The translations under genes were made by a program, and so were the position numbers. From NCBI GenBank assembly GCA_002269645.1, contig NIVC01001588.1:62001-126000 (forward strand): 64,000 nucleotides of DNA, written 5' to 3'. Under the pieces are notes generated by a model. It was not told where the DNA came from and searched no databases. It saw nothing but the letters and a program-made list of their open reading frames with translations. This document shows, piece after piece, positions 23,319 to 36,500 of the stretch (positions are counted from its first letter, which is position 1; every line of letters begins with the position of its first letter). Source of the stretch: Macrostomum lignano. Taxonomy: Eukaryota.

Positions 23319-24280
23319 AAGGACGCAACACTCGAAATCTTTGGTAAATGTTTTGAAGGCAACTTTTCGCCGAAAAATACACTACAGAGATAGGAGGCTT
23401 CAATTTTTTCAGCACAAAAATTGTTATTGCTTTTGATATGAGGCAGATCCAGTGTTCATCTTTTGATATTTTGTGCCTTTCTTATTGCTCCATCGATATT
23501 CATAATATCGATATTCATAATATTCATCGATTGCCCTGAGCCGCTGCAGGATGTGCTGCTGCTGTCCCTTTAAGGGCCGCGGCGTCTTGGTCAGGCGAGG
23601 TGATCTCGAAGTCTCCGTTAATTTGACAGCTGCTTCTAAGATTACGCTGAGATTTCTGACCCTCGCGGACTCGCTTGCGCGCGCTTTTTGACAGCAATCT
23701 AGTGATGAGGACGCACCTTTTTTCAATCTTAGAACCGCACATTTTGCTTCGATGCGCTTTTCCCCTACTGTCAGTAGGCTAGCTTAGGAATTGCTCTCCA
23801 TTCTCTCATCTAGGTTAAGTTCTATACTATTTTATGCCATTACTATTAGTTATGTTAGAAACTCAATGTATTTCTCTTAGGATTCTAATTTTGGGATTGT
23901 TTATGCATCTTTGAAGGTCAGACTGTCTGGGTTTGAGACGGATTGACCTCTTGCAGTCTAGACAGGCGACACTAAGTCTTGGAGGGACGTTTTCAACCTT
24001 GTTCTGACCCCCAGATTTGTGGCTTTTTTACTGTTCTCAGTGATTTATGGCCGTCTAGCTGTCACTTTTGGCTCCCGCCTGTCTGGGTCAAAGAGGTCTT
24101 TCCAGCTTTCTCCCCACTCGCTCTGTAGCTTTCTCCTTTGATTTATGGGCGTTTTGCTGTCACTTTTGGCGCCAGGATGTCTAGACAAGTTGTTTTGCTT
24201 ATGATTTATGACCGCACCTGTCAACTTCCCTGGGGTCTGAAGGCCACCTGGTGGGGTGGGTTTTGGGGCCTTGAGCTCAG

Positions 24281-24412
24281 CCAATCAGAGTTGACCTGAC
24301 TGCCCCCGGCTCGACCAATCAGAAAATTCGGCGCCTATTTTAACAAAAGCTCTCAGCCAATCGGAAAATTCGGCGTGCGTTATAACAAATCGGCCGCGTG
24401 AGAGCTATAAAA
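24281..24412 (+). promoter_or_regulatory. Pol II promoter-like module: three CCAAT boxes plus TATAAAA (orphan promoter or LTR U3)
   Basis: CCAAT at 24281, 24315 and 24357; duplicated CCAATC(A/G)GAAAATTCGGCG; TATAAAA at 24406-24412; GC-rich island in an AT-rich background. No associated ORF was found. Confidence 0.4.
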
Positions 24413-26183
24413 GGCGGCAACTCGACCCGCGCTCGAGAAAAAAGGGCACTTTCCCCCGGCCAAACTGGAGAGCGGACCCTGGTCCTCCTCTTCTGGTCCT
24501 GCCGACCTGATCGGTCCCCGGCAGTTTCGGCTTCAACAGCTAAGTTCCCCCTGAGAAGCATCATCAACATCTCCCGGCAGTGATCTAAGAGCAGCAACGA
24601 CTATCGGCAAGTGAAGAGCAGCGGCGGCAATCGTCAGTCAAGATCAGCAGCAGCATCCCACCTAAGCGCTTCGGTCTCTGTGGATTCCTTGGCTACCGGC
24701 AGATAGGTCCTCTGATTGGTTTGGTGAGAGGCTCTCCTGACCTGCTTAACTGGATGCACCCTTTGTCTGACCCCTTCCTAGGTAGTCTGATAGGATTTGC
24801 ACTTTTGCTTACTTGCTTTTGTGTGCCAATCTCGAGGCAGAAGTGTCAGTTAATATTAAAAATAGCCATTTGCTCTACACTGTAAACTCCAGGGGTCCGA
24901 AAAAAGGTCCGATAGGGGTCCGTATGTTGCTGTATATACTGCAGTACAGCATTAAATCCCCATTTTCATATCGCTCCAGAGGAAAAATTACGAACAATAA
25001 AATTGTCGATTTGCGAGTCTTAAATTTTTTGCCCAGACTGGCCAGAGTTTCGACTAACATTTAACTAGTACAATGCCTAGCTGTCTCTTAATTATATAAA
25101 ATGCTCCCTATACAATAATTATCGCATACCGAGTATATTTTCGTAAATAAATTTAGTAGAATAAAGAATAATTTCAGTAATAAAATATTAGAATAAAACC
25201 TATAATATTAGTTACAATAATAATTACATATTACAACCATATTAAGAATGTTATAACTCAATCTAAAGTGTCTAGGATTGCGGATTAAGTGAGAAAGTTA
25301 AATTTGGAAGTTAAAGACTTAGCGTTTTCTTTCTTTTTCGCAATGCCAGCTGAGATGAGCGGCTAAATCTAGAGGCAGAGGTCACGGTGGACCGGAAGCG
25401 GCACAGTTCTCAGTCAATCAGTCAATCCCAGAAATCATTATGTTAAGCATGCAAATTAAGAGCCAGACTGGCGCTTTGGCGCGGTCACAGGCAGTTAAGC
25501 GGCACGACATTAAGTTAAATTAAGTTAAATTAAATTGACTAAACATTAAGTTAAGTAAGTTAAATATTAGTCTAAAGATCTCCGAAAGTGACAATGCATC
25601 TACATCATCGCTATCTGTCGAAGTGTTAACACATTTAGTGCCAAAAGCGTGCAGTTACGTGTACTTATACATGTACTTCTGGGAATTTGGTAATGAAATA
25701 GTACATTTAGTAGTGTATGAAGGCTCGCCAGCGCAAGAACCCCCTGCAGAAGTCCTCTCTGTCCCTGCATGGCCAATGCGATCCTAGTCCCAGCAGCGTC
25801 CCTTCTATTCGGCTATGACTTCGAGATTTAGACAGCTAAAAGACACTAGATGGCAGGTAAGTGCAATGCCCCTCTAGTCGCAAGTCCGATTTCGATAGCT
25901 CCGGTTTGGTGAGCCGGGGCGCACGGACTGGTGGCAGCGAGTTAGTTAATCTGCGGATTAGCTAATCTCTACCTTTCAAATTCTCCCTGCTTGTCTCTCG
26001 CTGTCTTCTCCTAGCTATAGGACCTTGCTGCTCGCCCACAATCTAGCTACCATGGGGCTGACCATCTGACAGGAGTGAGAGGCCAGAGCTCTTAGTGATT
26101 CATTTCTGAGTTCTGAGGCCCGAAGCTACAGGCTTAAAAAGGCCGAACCCATCACTAGCTTGGCTTGTCCAGGGCTGCTACTT

Positions 26184-26229
26184 TTGTTGTTGTTGTTGTT
26201 GTTGTTGTTGCTGCTGCTGCTGCTGCTGC

Positions 26230-26265
<36 letters not shown>

Positions 26266-26282
26266 GTTGTTGTTGTTGCAGC
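26184..26282. repeat. Compound (GTT)n(GCT)n(GTT)n microsatellite
   Basis: Read directly from the sequence. Confidence 0.95.
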
Positions 26283-27529
26283 ACAGGGCTATAAAACCAA
26301 GTGAGAACCACAGGACTCAGATAATTTTTGACGGAGAAGCCTAGACGGAGAATAAAGACTAAATGCTATAACATATTTATAATGTCATTGACAATATTAT
26401 TAGGAAGGCAATGCCCCCTCCCCCGACAAAATTATTGCGGGCAGGCAATTGCCACCTCGCGGTCCCGGCTCCTCCGCGCGAAACACTATATTAGCCAGAG
26501 TTTCTTGATAGAGCTTGACTATCAAAGACATTTAATGAAAATTCATAGGTTACTATTCAAATTCTTGTAACCTTGATTGGTATCCTGCAAGCTGCAAGCC
26601 CTTCAGGATCGACATTGCTTAAAGTCTGCCCCGAATGATACAGCTAGATTGTGATTTTTTGAAAAGTAGACTAATTTTTTAATAAAAACTTGTGTACCAT
26701 CTATTTTATTTTTTTATTTAATTTTATACTAAAAAATTATATAACGTTACAATATGAACGGTGATTCCCTCTCAGAAGTTTTTGTTATAGTCATAACTAA
26801 AACATTCAAAAAAGTTCTTTTTTGATTTTTAGCTTGCGGTGGTGGTGATTAATGCCATAGTATCATAAGTTTTAAAATCTATTATTTTTTTACATTGGTC
26901 ACTGGTGATCGCCAATTCAAATTTTACAATCTTTCGTATTTAACACTTTCCTACTTTTGCAACTGGTCGACCAGTTTACATTAATTATTTGCTATAATAT
27001 GTGACATGACTGATGAGTGAATCAGTGATGACATTATTTTACTCTGAAATATAAATTAAATTTAAATATTGTTACTAGGCCCTAATGTTATATGTAAATG
27101 TGAATTAAATGTACTCTTACTCTGTTAGCAGCTACAGCTAGCTAAGCCTATATATCTGCTGAGTGTTGTTCATTTTTATTACATTCATATTGTGTGTTTC
27201 TTCAATATATTATTTATTATTTACTGTTATGGACTTACTAGTCCTTATATAGTCTCTTTTTGCTTTTAATAGTTTGAAAACCCTTGCTGAATAGTCTTGT
27301 TTAGCCAGAGCCAAGGTTAACTCAAGGTTAACCCAGGTTATGGTTAGGCCTACTATTACTTTCTACTCCTGTTCTAGTTCTTGGCCTGGTGATCCTTCAG
27401 TTTCCCACTCTAAATTAGATTTAAATTAGATTTAAAAAAATTAAACCCCTTTTTTGAACTTTTCAGCTACTGCCAGTATGGCTGGCTGACCTCCAATGCC
27501 ACAATCTATCGTCCCTACCACTAAAGTCA

Positions 27530-27700
27530 ATACACAAATACTATAGAATTTAGAAAGAATGTAGGGCAACTGCAAAGCCAAGTTTCAAGCTATGTATAGA
27601 ACCAGCAACAATTTGTTCGAAACGTACCTGCAGGAGTTCATGTGGTGCCGAGCTTTCCCCTATCAGCATTTCAGCAATCTTTTTCAACATCCTTTACTAG
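27530..27700 (+). mobile_element. Remnant of a Merlin/ISXO2-like (IS1595-type DDE) transposase C-terminus
   Basis: Short translated pieces TNTIE and NLFETYLQEFMWCRAF resemble the HTNTIE...YLxEFMWR signature of this family. They are interrupted by stops and frameshifts. Confidence 0.55.
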
Positions 27701-27917
27701 ATAGGGGCCTAGCCTAACATACTACTACACTATATAGAACTCTAGTCTAGGGCCTATGAACTCTTGCAAGAACTCTAGGCTTGTTGGACTCTGAAAAGTT
27801 CAAAAATGGTTTAAATAATTTAGAGTAGGAAACCAAAGGATTGCTTTTGGCTTAATACTTAAAATATGATTTATGATTGTAGTTATTGTTCCTTCTTATT
27901 GCCTACCTAGGGTCCAA

Positions 27918-28197
27918 CCCTATTGCAGCGCATGGCTTAAGTACGCCAGACGCCTACACAACCTGCGCCACGCTGTGAAATGACTTACCTGTGAAAGAAA
28001 CCCTAAAGCAAAATTAACGCAGTTTTGGGTAAACGGCAGGAGTAACTATGACTGTCTTATCAAGCCTAAATGCCTTGGCATCTAATTAGTACCACGCCGC
28101 GCCATACTAATCGCCGCGCGCCATACGCGCCGCGCCGCGCCATATTAGATCCGCGCCGGACGCCGTCCGCCAAAATGCCCATGCGCTGCAATCAGGG
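27918..28197 (+). mobile_element. MITE-like element carrying a 28S rRNA-derived cassette (copy 1)
   Basis: Inverted ends ATTGCAGCGCATGG (about 27922) and CCATGCGCTGCAAT (about 28179), with GGTCCAA repeated directly on both flanks. Internal 28027-28090 resembles 28S rRNA. About 110 nt are shared with 60240-60350. Confidence 0.6.
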
Positions 28198-28266
28198 GGT
28201 CCAAATTGTATAGTAGGCTTAGTATATACTAGAAAAAGAATCCTATCTTAGCTAAATATACACTAG

Positions 28267-28526
28267 TGCACTCTGGGTTTTTTATCAACAAGACAAGGTG
28301 CAAAATTGCACCCTATGTCTAATTTTAGGGTAGAATTTTAAGACTCAAAGTATAATACAATTTCTCTTTTTTCTTAGGCCTATGTTAAGGCAGTGCAAAT
28401 GAGGCTTAAAAGGTAAAATTGGTTATGAGACTGCACCAAAACTGCACCTATTCTTTTAATTTCAGGGTATGATTTTAAAATTTAAGGTATATATGTATAC
28501 TCTGCATACAAAAAACCTTGAGTGCA
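28267..28526. mobile_element. Possible decayed MITE
   Basis: 17-nt inverted ends TGCACTCTGGGTTTTTT and AAAAAACCTTGAGTGCA (15/17 match). No clear target duplication. Confidence 0.35.
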
Positions 28527-29042
28527 TGCCAAAAACAAAAAATTTCCCTAAATGTATACATATAACCTTCTAGAGTCTAGCCTATTGTATGCATCCTATA
28601 TTACTAGACTACTAGTAATATACACTCTACTAGTGACCAGCTAGACTAGGGCATAAGGTCTAAAATATTTAATATGATATATATTTTAGATACCAACTTT
28701 AGTCATTGGTATTTTGGTATCTCACTATTAAGGCTCTCAATAACTTCAATTACCAATGTAAGAACCAAATAACTAAGGTAGTGAATTCAACTGACTTTTC
28801 TTAATGATGCAATCATTTAATGTTAACTTATATTATAGATCATTTTATTTGATATTCACTATCTCAAGATTTTGTCTGTCTTACAAAGAATAAAATATAA
28901 AGATGTTTAAAGTAAAAAGCTCAATTCTCTATTGGAATAAGTGTAGAAAACCTGCAGATACACATCATGGGATCTAAAATTGTAGTTCAAAAATGCAATG
29001 TGACATAGAACATGTTAAATTTTGCACTGAATACATGTATAT

Positions 29043-29106
29043 TAATTAGCTGACAAGGCATTTAGCCCTAATAAGACAGTCATAGTTGTCACTCCCACTG
29101 TTTACT
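29043..29106 (-). repeat. Degenerate copy of the 28S rRNA-derived cassette
   Basis: The reverse complement reads GTAAACAGTGGGAGTGACAACTATGACTGTCTTATTAGGGCTAAATGCCTTGTCAGCTAATTA, related to 28027-28090. Confidence 0.65.
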
Positions 29107-30127
29107 TATAACTGCATTGTGCTATGATACTACCTACCTTGATTCTAGCTGTAATGTACCACCAGAGCAGAAAATCCGAAATTGCAATGGACAGTCAGAC
29201 ACCTTTGTCCACTTATTCCAATAGGCTAGGGGCTCAATTAACTCAAGTCTAGTCTATGAAAAATATCACATCATGTTTAAAGACTCAAATTCCTATATGG
29301 TATAGTGCATGACTCTGATAATGGTAGCATCCAAAAAATGTTTAGCATGCGCTGCTGCAAAGAGCAAAATATTATATTGATATCTTTTAATATCAAACTA
29401 TTTTCTTATCAGATTCATAGAGCATAGTGTAACATACATCTATATTAGTCAATTTTAGCATTATTTAAGTATAATAATATATTTTGGTTTATTTATTGGT
29501 ACTAAGTCACAAAGAAAATCAGTAGGCATATGTTATAGCCCTATAGTATCCCTAGACTAGGCCACTAAGGCCTATAGGCCCTATTGATTATATAAAAATC
29601 TAGCCTAGGTTTTTGCTATTAGTAAGATGCATGATTGCATCTGATCTAAGGACTAAGGTACAATTTTAAGATGCTCATAAATGTAATTAAGAAAGTCATT
29701 TTATATTGCTTAAAAAAACTTGTATGTATATGACCTATAGTGGTGAAAATCAGGTCTATTAATAAGGGCTTTAGTAAGGGTCCCATCCATCCTATAACTT
29801 ACCAATATATAGGTCCACCCAAAATAAATTTTAATAAAAAAGTATTTCATATTTTGAAAGGCAATTATGTAAAATAAGAAACAAATATATATAAGAAAGA
29901 AAAGTATTTTTAAAAAACAGAAAACTTTTTATAAACAAAAATATATATAGTTTTCATTGGGTTGATGACAAACTAGGCCTATGTTTTTTGTTTTTTAAAA
30001 GAACTGTCATTAATATATTGAATTATATCTATTACAAGTAGAAAAAGAAATTTATGACATTGGCTATAATGAAAAATATCTTAGTCCCCTCATTTCCCCT
30101 CATGCATTTTAGGCTTAAGGAAAAAGC

Positions 30128-30398
30128 ATAGGTGGCAAGAGCTTATAGCACTGGGGGCACATGACCCCCCTCCCCCCGCCCCCAAAAATGAGTCCAGGCA
30201 GCATGCAATCTATTGTGCCCCCCCCCTGAATTTTTGACTTTCTGATATTTGAGTGCTTAGAAATAAGAAATAATGGTAGTTTTTAGTGCTTCTTCTGATT
30301 TTGGTTGCTGAATTAGCAGCTTATAGGGACATCCATGCCCCCTTGCCCTGTGCCCTGGTGCCCCCCCCCCCCTAAAATATTAGGCTCTGCCGCCCCTA
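30128..30398. mobile_element. Possible degenerate hAT-like MITE
   Basis: Imperfect inverted ends (TAGGTGGCAAGAGCT and AGGCTCTGCCGCCCCTA) with internal GGGGCAC and GTGCCCCCC runs typical of such elements. Confidence 0.3.
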
Positions 30399-30596
30399 AG
30401 AAAAAAGGAAAATATTAAATTGAAAGCAGAGCAGTTCTATATACAGTTCTGTTGTACTGTTGCACTAGCAGGGTAAATTTGAGGAGGTTGCTCATGTTTA
30501 CTTCATTTGGCTTTATATACCAGGAAATGTTTTTTTCGTCCTACAACCAAGTTTGTGTGCTTTTATACCTTTAAATTTGAAATACTCCCCTTCCAG

Positions 30597-33500
30597 AAGG
30601 GAATTATTGCCAATACGCCTAAGCGGCTGCGCGACCTGATCAGAGAGATCAGGGCTGCTAAAACTGCCGCCGAGGAGAGAGCCGTTGTTAACAGGGAATG
30701 CGCCCAGATTCGCGATAGCTTCCGCGAGGAGGACAATGCCTATAGGCTAGTTGCTATGGATTTATTAATTATGTGGCTTGCAGTTATTTTTGTCCTGTTA
30801 TGTCCCTATCTCTCAGATAAGCTATCATCTGTCCTTTGGCAAAAGCACCCATCTCTCCCCGTAAGATACCCCATCTCTGCCTGTAAGACACCCCATCTCT
30901 GTCTGTAAGACACCCCATCTCTGCCTGTAAGACACCCATCTCTGCCTGTAAGACATCCATCTCTGCCTGTAAGACACCCCATCTCTGTCTGTAAGACACC
31001 CCATCTCTGTCTGTAAGACACCTCATCTCTCTCTGTAAGACACCCCATCTCTCTCTGTAAGACACCCCATCTCTCACTGTAAGACACCCATCTTTACCTG
31101 TAAGACACCCATCTTTACCTGTAAGACACCAATCTCTCACTGTAAGACACCCATCTTTACCTGTAAGACACCCATCTTTACCTGTAAGACACCCATCTTT
31201 ACCTGTAAGACACCCATCTCTGCCTGTAAGACACCAATCTCTCACTGTAAGACACCCATCTTTACCTGTAAGACACCAATCTCTCACTGTAAGACACCCA
31301 TCTCTGCCTGTAAGACACCCATCTCTGCCTGTAAGACACCCCATCTCTCCCTGTAAGACACCCATCTCTGCCTGTAGGACATCCATCTCTGCCTGTAAGA
31401 CACCCCATCTCTGTCTGTAAGACACCCCATCTCTCACTGTAAGACACCCATCTCTGTCTGTAAGACACCCCATCTCTGTCTGTAAGACACCCCATCTCTC
31501 ACTGTAAGACACCCATCTCTGTCTGTAAGACACCCCATCTCTCTCTGTAAGACACCCCATCTCACTGTAAGACACCCATCTTTACCTGTAAGATACCCAT
31601 CTCTGCCTGTAAGACACCCATCTCTGCCTGTAAGACACTCATCTCTGCCTGTAAGACACCCCATCTCTCACTGTAAGACACCCATCTTTACCTGTAAGAT
31701 ACCCATCTCTGCCTGTAAGACACCCATCTCTGCCTGTAAGACACTCATCTCTGCCTGTAAGACACTCATCTCTGCCTGTAAGACACCCCATCTCTCACTG
31801 TAAGACACCCATCTTTACCTGTAAGACACCCATCTTTACCTGTAAGACACCAATCTCTCACTGTAAGACACCTATCTTTACCTGTAAGACACCCCATCTC
31901 ACTGTAAGGCACCCATCTTTACCTTTAAGACACCCATCTCTGCCTGTAAGACACATATCTTTACCTGTAAGACACCCATCTCTGCCTGTAAGACACCCAT
32001 CTCTGCCTGTAAGACACATATCTTTACCTGTAAGACACCCATCTCTGCCTGTAAGACACCCATCTCTGCCTGTAAGACACCCCATCTCTCTCTGTAAGAC
32101 ACCCATCTCTGCCTGTAGGACATCCATCTCTGCCTGTAAGACATCCATCTCTCTCTGTAAGACACCCCATCTCTCACTGTAAGACACCCATCTTTACCTG
32201 TAAGACACCCATCTTTACCTGTAAGACACCCATCTTTACCTGTAAGACACCCATCTTTACCTGTAAGACACCCATCTCTGCCTGTAAGACACCAATCTCT
32301 CACTGTAAGACACCCATCTTTACCTGTAAGACACCAATCTCTCACTGTAAGACACCCATCTCTGCCTGTAAGACACCCATCTCTGCCTGTAAGACACCCA
32401 TCTCTGCCTGTAAGACACCCCATCTCTCCCTGTAAGACACCCCATCTCTCACTGTAAGACACCCATCTCTGTCTGTAAGACACCCCATCTCTGTCTGTAA
32501 GACACCCCATCTCTCACTGTAAGACACCCATCTCTGTCTGTAAGACACCCCATCTCTCTCTGTAAGACACCCCATCTCACTGTAAGACACCCATCTTTAC
32601 CTGTAAGATACCCATCTCTGCCTGTAAGACACCCATCTCTGCCTGTAAGACACTCATCTCTGCCTGTAAGACACCCCATCTCTCACTGTAAGACACCCAT
32701 CTTTACCTGTAAGACACCAATCTCTCACTGTAAGACACCCATCTTTACCTGTAAGACACCCCATCTCACTGTAAGGCACCCATCTTTACCTTTAAGACAC
32801 CCATCTCTGCCTGTAAGACACATATCTTTACCTGTAAGACACCCATCTCTGCCTGTAAGACACCCATCTCTGCCTGTAAGACACATATCTTTACCTGTAA
32901 GACACCCATCTCTGCCTGTAAGACACCCATCTCTGCCTGTAAGACACCCCATCTCTCTCTGTAAGACACCCATCTCTGTCTGTAAGACACCCCATCTCTG
33001 TCTGTAAGACACCCCATCTCTCACTATAAGACACCCATCTCTGTCTGTAAGACACCCCATCTCTCTCTGTAAGACACCCCATCTCACTGTAAGACACCCA
33101 TCTTTACCTGTAAGATACCCATCTCTGCCTGTAAGACACCCATCTCTGCCTGTAAGACACTCATCTCTGCCTGTAAGACACCCCATCTCTCACTGTAAGA
33201 CACCCATCTTTACCTGTAAGACACCCATCTTTACCTGTAAGACACCAATCTCTCACTGTAAGACACCCATCTTTACCTGTAAGACACCCCATCTCACTGT
33301 AAGGCACCCATCTTTACCTTTAAGACACCCATCTCTGCCTGTAAGACACATATCTTTACCTGTAAGACACCCATCTCTGCCTGTAAGACACCCATCTCTG
33401 CCTGTAAGACACATATCTTTACCTGTAAGACACCCATCTCTGCCTGTAAGACACCCATCTCTGCCTGTAAGACACCCCATCTCTCTCTGTAAGACACCCA

Positions 33501-36500
33501 TCTCTGCCTGTAGGACATCCATCTCTGCCTGTAAGACATCCATCTCTCCCTGTAAGACACCCATCTCTGTCTGTAAGACATCCATCTCTCCCTGTAAGAC
33601 ACCCCATCTCTCTCTGTAAGACACCCATGTCAGCATCCATCTAAACTTCAATCACAAGAAGCGGCACCATCCTCCATCCAGGTGCCGCAATGTGGCCAAG
33701 CTGCTGTACATCCACATGCTGGGCTATCCGGCCCACTTTGGCCAAATGGAATGCCTCAAACTGGTAGCGTCGCCAAAATTTTCGGACAAACGCATTGGCT
33801 ACCTGGGCGCTATGCTATTGTTAGACGAGAGGGCCGAGGTTCACCTATTGGTGACAAATTCGGTTAAGAACGACATGAACCACAGCACACAGTACATCGC
33901 TAGTCTGGCCCTGTCCACGCTAGGCAGCATCTGCAGTCCCGAGATGAGTCGAGATTTAGCCGGCGAAGTGCAGGCACTAATCAAGTCGAACAACGCTTAT
34001 TTGCGCAAAAAAGCTGCGTTATGCGCTCTGCGCATCATACAGAAGATCCCGGACATCATGGAGATGTACATCCCGTGTGCCAGGTCTTTGCTCAACGAAA
34101 AAAATCACGGTACTTTTTCGCGTTTTGTTGTCAACCTTTTTGTTATAACATATCATTAGATCTGAGGTCCTGAAATCCGAGTACCAGATGAGATCCATCC
34201 GGGGTCCTGAAATCCGAGTGCCAGATGAGATCCAGGGTCCTGAAATCCGAGTGCCAGATGAGATCCAGGGTCCTGAAATCAGGTTGCCAGATGAGATCCA
34301 GGGTCCTGAAATCAGGTTGCCAGATGAGATCCATCCAGGGTCCTGAAATCCGAGTGCCAGATGAGATCCAGGGTCCTGAAATCAGAGTGCCAGATGAGAT
34401 CCATCCGGGGTCCTGAAATCTGAGTGCCAGATGAGATCCAGGGTCCTGAAATCCAGTGCCAGATGAGATCCAGGGTCCTGAAATCAGGTTGCCAGATGAG
34501 ATCCATCCAGGGTCCTGAAATCCGAGTGCCAGATGAGATCCAGGGTCCTGAAATCAGAGTGCCAGATGAGATCCATCCGGGGTCCTGAAATCCGAGTGCC
34601 AGATGAGATCCAGGGTCCTGAAATCAGGTTGCCAGATGAGATCCATCCAGGGTCCTGAAATCCGAGTGCCAGATGAGATCCAGGGTCCTGAAATCAGATT
34701 GCAAAGAACTAAAGTACTTTCTGTTTTCTTCCTTGCAGGTGTTCTATTGACCGCCGTCTGCCTGATCTCGCAGATGTGCCAGCTTAGCCCGGAGACACTT
34801 AACCACTTCCGAAGGGTGAGCAATGCTCGTCAGATATAATAGTTTTACTCTCTAATTGTAAATGAAAGCCCTAACCAGATAATGTATTTAAAACCTTACT
34901 GCATCTATGCATACTGCATACATCGATCAGTGGTTCTAATGAGGGAAGTAAACTCACTCGAATTAATCATTAAGTGAGCGAAATCCTTTTTCACCTGCTA
35001 CTGCTAACTATCAATTATAAATTAATTAGGACGGATCTGCTGAGGTAAATTATTCAATTATTGTTTTTAATTAGTTTCGATGGTGTCTGGGTTTTCGTAT
35101 GCAAAAGTGTCGACCTTGTTTTTGAGGTTGTATTGGTATTTGAATGAGTATTACTTGGCAGTTGTTGGGTGAAGCGTTTTGTCACGTTGCACCTCAAATC
35201 AGGCAGATGGCAAATAACGTCTCCGATCTTTAGATTTTACTTCTCCTGTTCATAAATAACTCAAGATAAAACAATTTAAAACATTTGTCACACAATCTAA
35301 CCATTCCCAACCCAATCCAACCCACCAAAACCCAATCCAACCCACCAAAACCCAATCCAACCCACCAAAACCCAATCCAACCCACCAAAACCCAATCCAA
35401 CCCACCAAAACCCAATCCAACCCACCAAAACCCAATCCAACCCACCAAAACCCAATCCAACCCACCATATCAATCTAACCATTCCCAACCCAATCCAACC
35501 CACCATATCAATCTAACCATTCCCAACCCAATCCAACCCACCATATCAATCTAACCATTCCCAACCCAATCCAACCCACCCGAACACAATCTAGCCATTG
35601 TAGAACCAGTCCAACTAATATAAACCCAATCCACTTCAAAAACCTTTCTAATTCTCACGTACAGAGTTTCACTTCAAAAAATATTTCACTAATTATGATG
35701 TGCCAGAATGATTTGATTTCAGTTTAAGCTTAAACAAATAATTACTTAAGGTATTTCCATAGTCAATATTTCAATTCCTCAATGTTCCACAGCTGGTGCC
35801 CAACCTGGTCCGGATCCTGAAGAATCTGATCATGTCCGGCTTCTCTCAGGATCACGATGTCAACGGCGTTAGCGACCCGTTTTTGCAAGTGAAAATTCTG
35901 CAATTGTTGCGCATTCTGGGCCACCAGGACTCTGCGGCCAGTGAGCAGATGAATGACATCCTTGCTCAGGTGAGATGATGATTTCATCTGTTATATGAAT
36001 AGATTATGACTCTTGTTTGAGTGTGTAATAGTCATAGTCACGACTACCCTAAATTTGGTGACTGGGTGGGTCATGACCCTCAACTTGCTGATTGAGTGGG
36101 TCATGACCCTCAACTTGCTGATTGAGTGGGTCATGACTCTCAAATTGCTGATTGAGTGGGTCATGACTCAAATTGCTGATTGAGTGGGTCATGACTCAAA
36201 TTTCTGATTGAGTGGGTCATGACCCTCAAATTGCTGATTGAGTGGGTCATGACTCAAATTGCTGATTGAGTGGGGCATGACTCAAATTGCTGATTGAGTG
36301 GGGCATGACCCTCAAATTGCTGATTGAGTGGGTCATGACTCTCAAATTGCTGATTGAGTGGGTCATGACTCAAATTGCTGATTGAGTGGGTCATGACTCA
36401 AATTTCTGATTGAGTGGGTCATGACCCTCAAATTGCTGATTGAGTGGGTCATGACTCAAATTGCTGATTGAGTGGGGCATGACTCAAATTGCTGATTGAG

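Noticed and set aside
20865-23335. GCAACAC on both sides of the SL-LINE as a target-site duplication
   Set aside because: Only 7 nt, not flush with either end, and the element's 3' end is missing.
26290-26360. TATAAAA followed by an Sm-site-like AATTTTTGA, suggesting an snRNA; also a 15-nt match to 18200-18225
   Set aside because: No recognisable snRNA stems, and a 15-nt match is expected by chance in a window this size.
28027-28090. rRNA gene
   Set aside because: Only about 63 nt of diverged 28S-like sequence inside a dispersed repeat, with no flanking rDNA.
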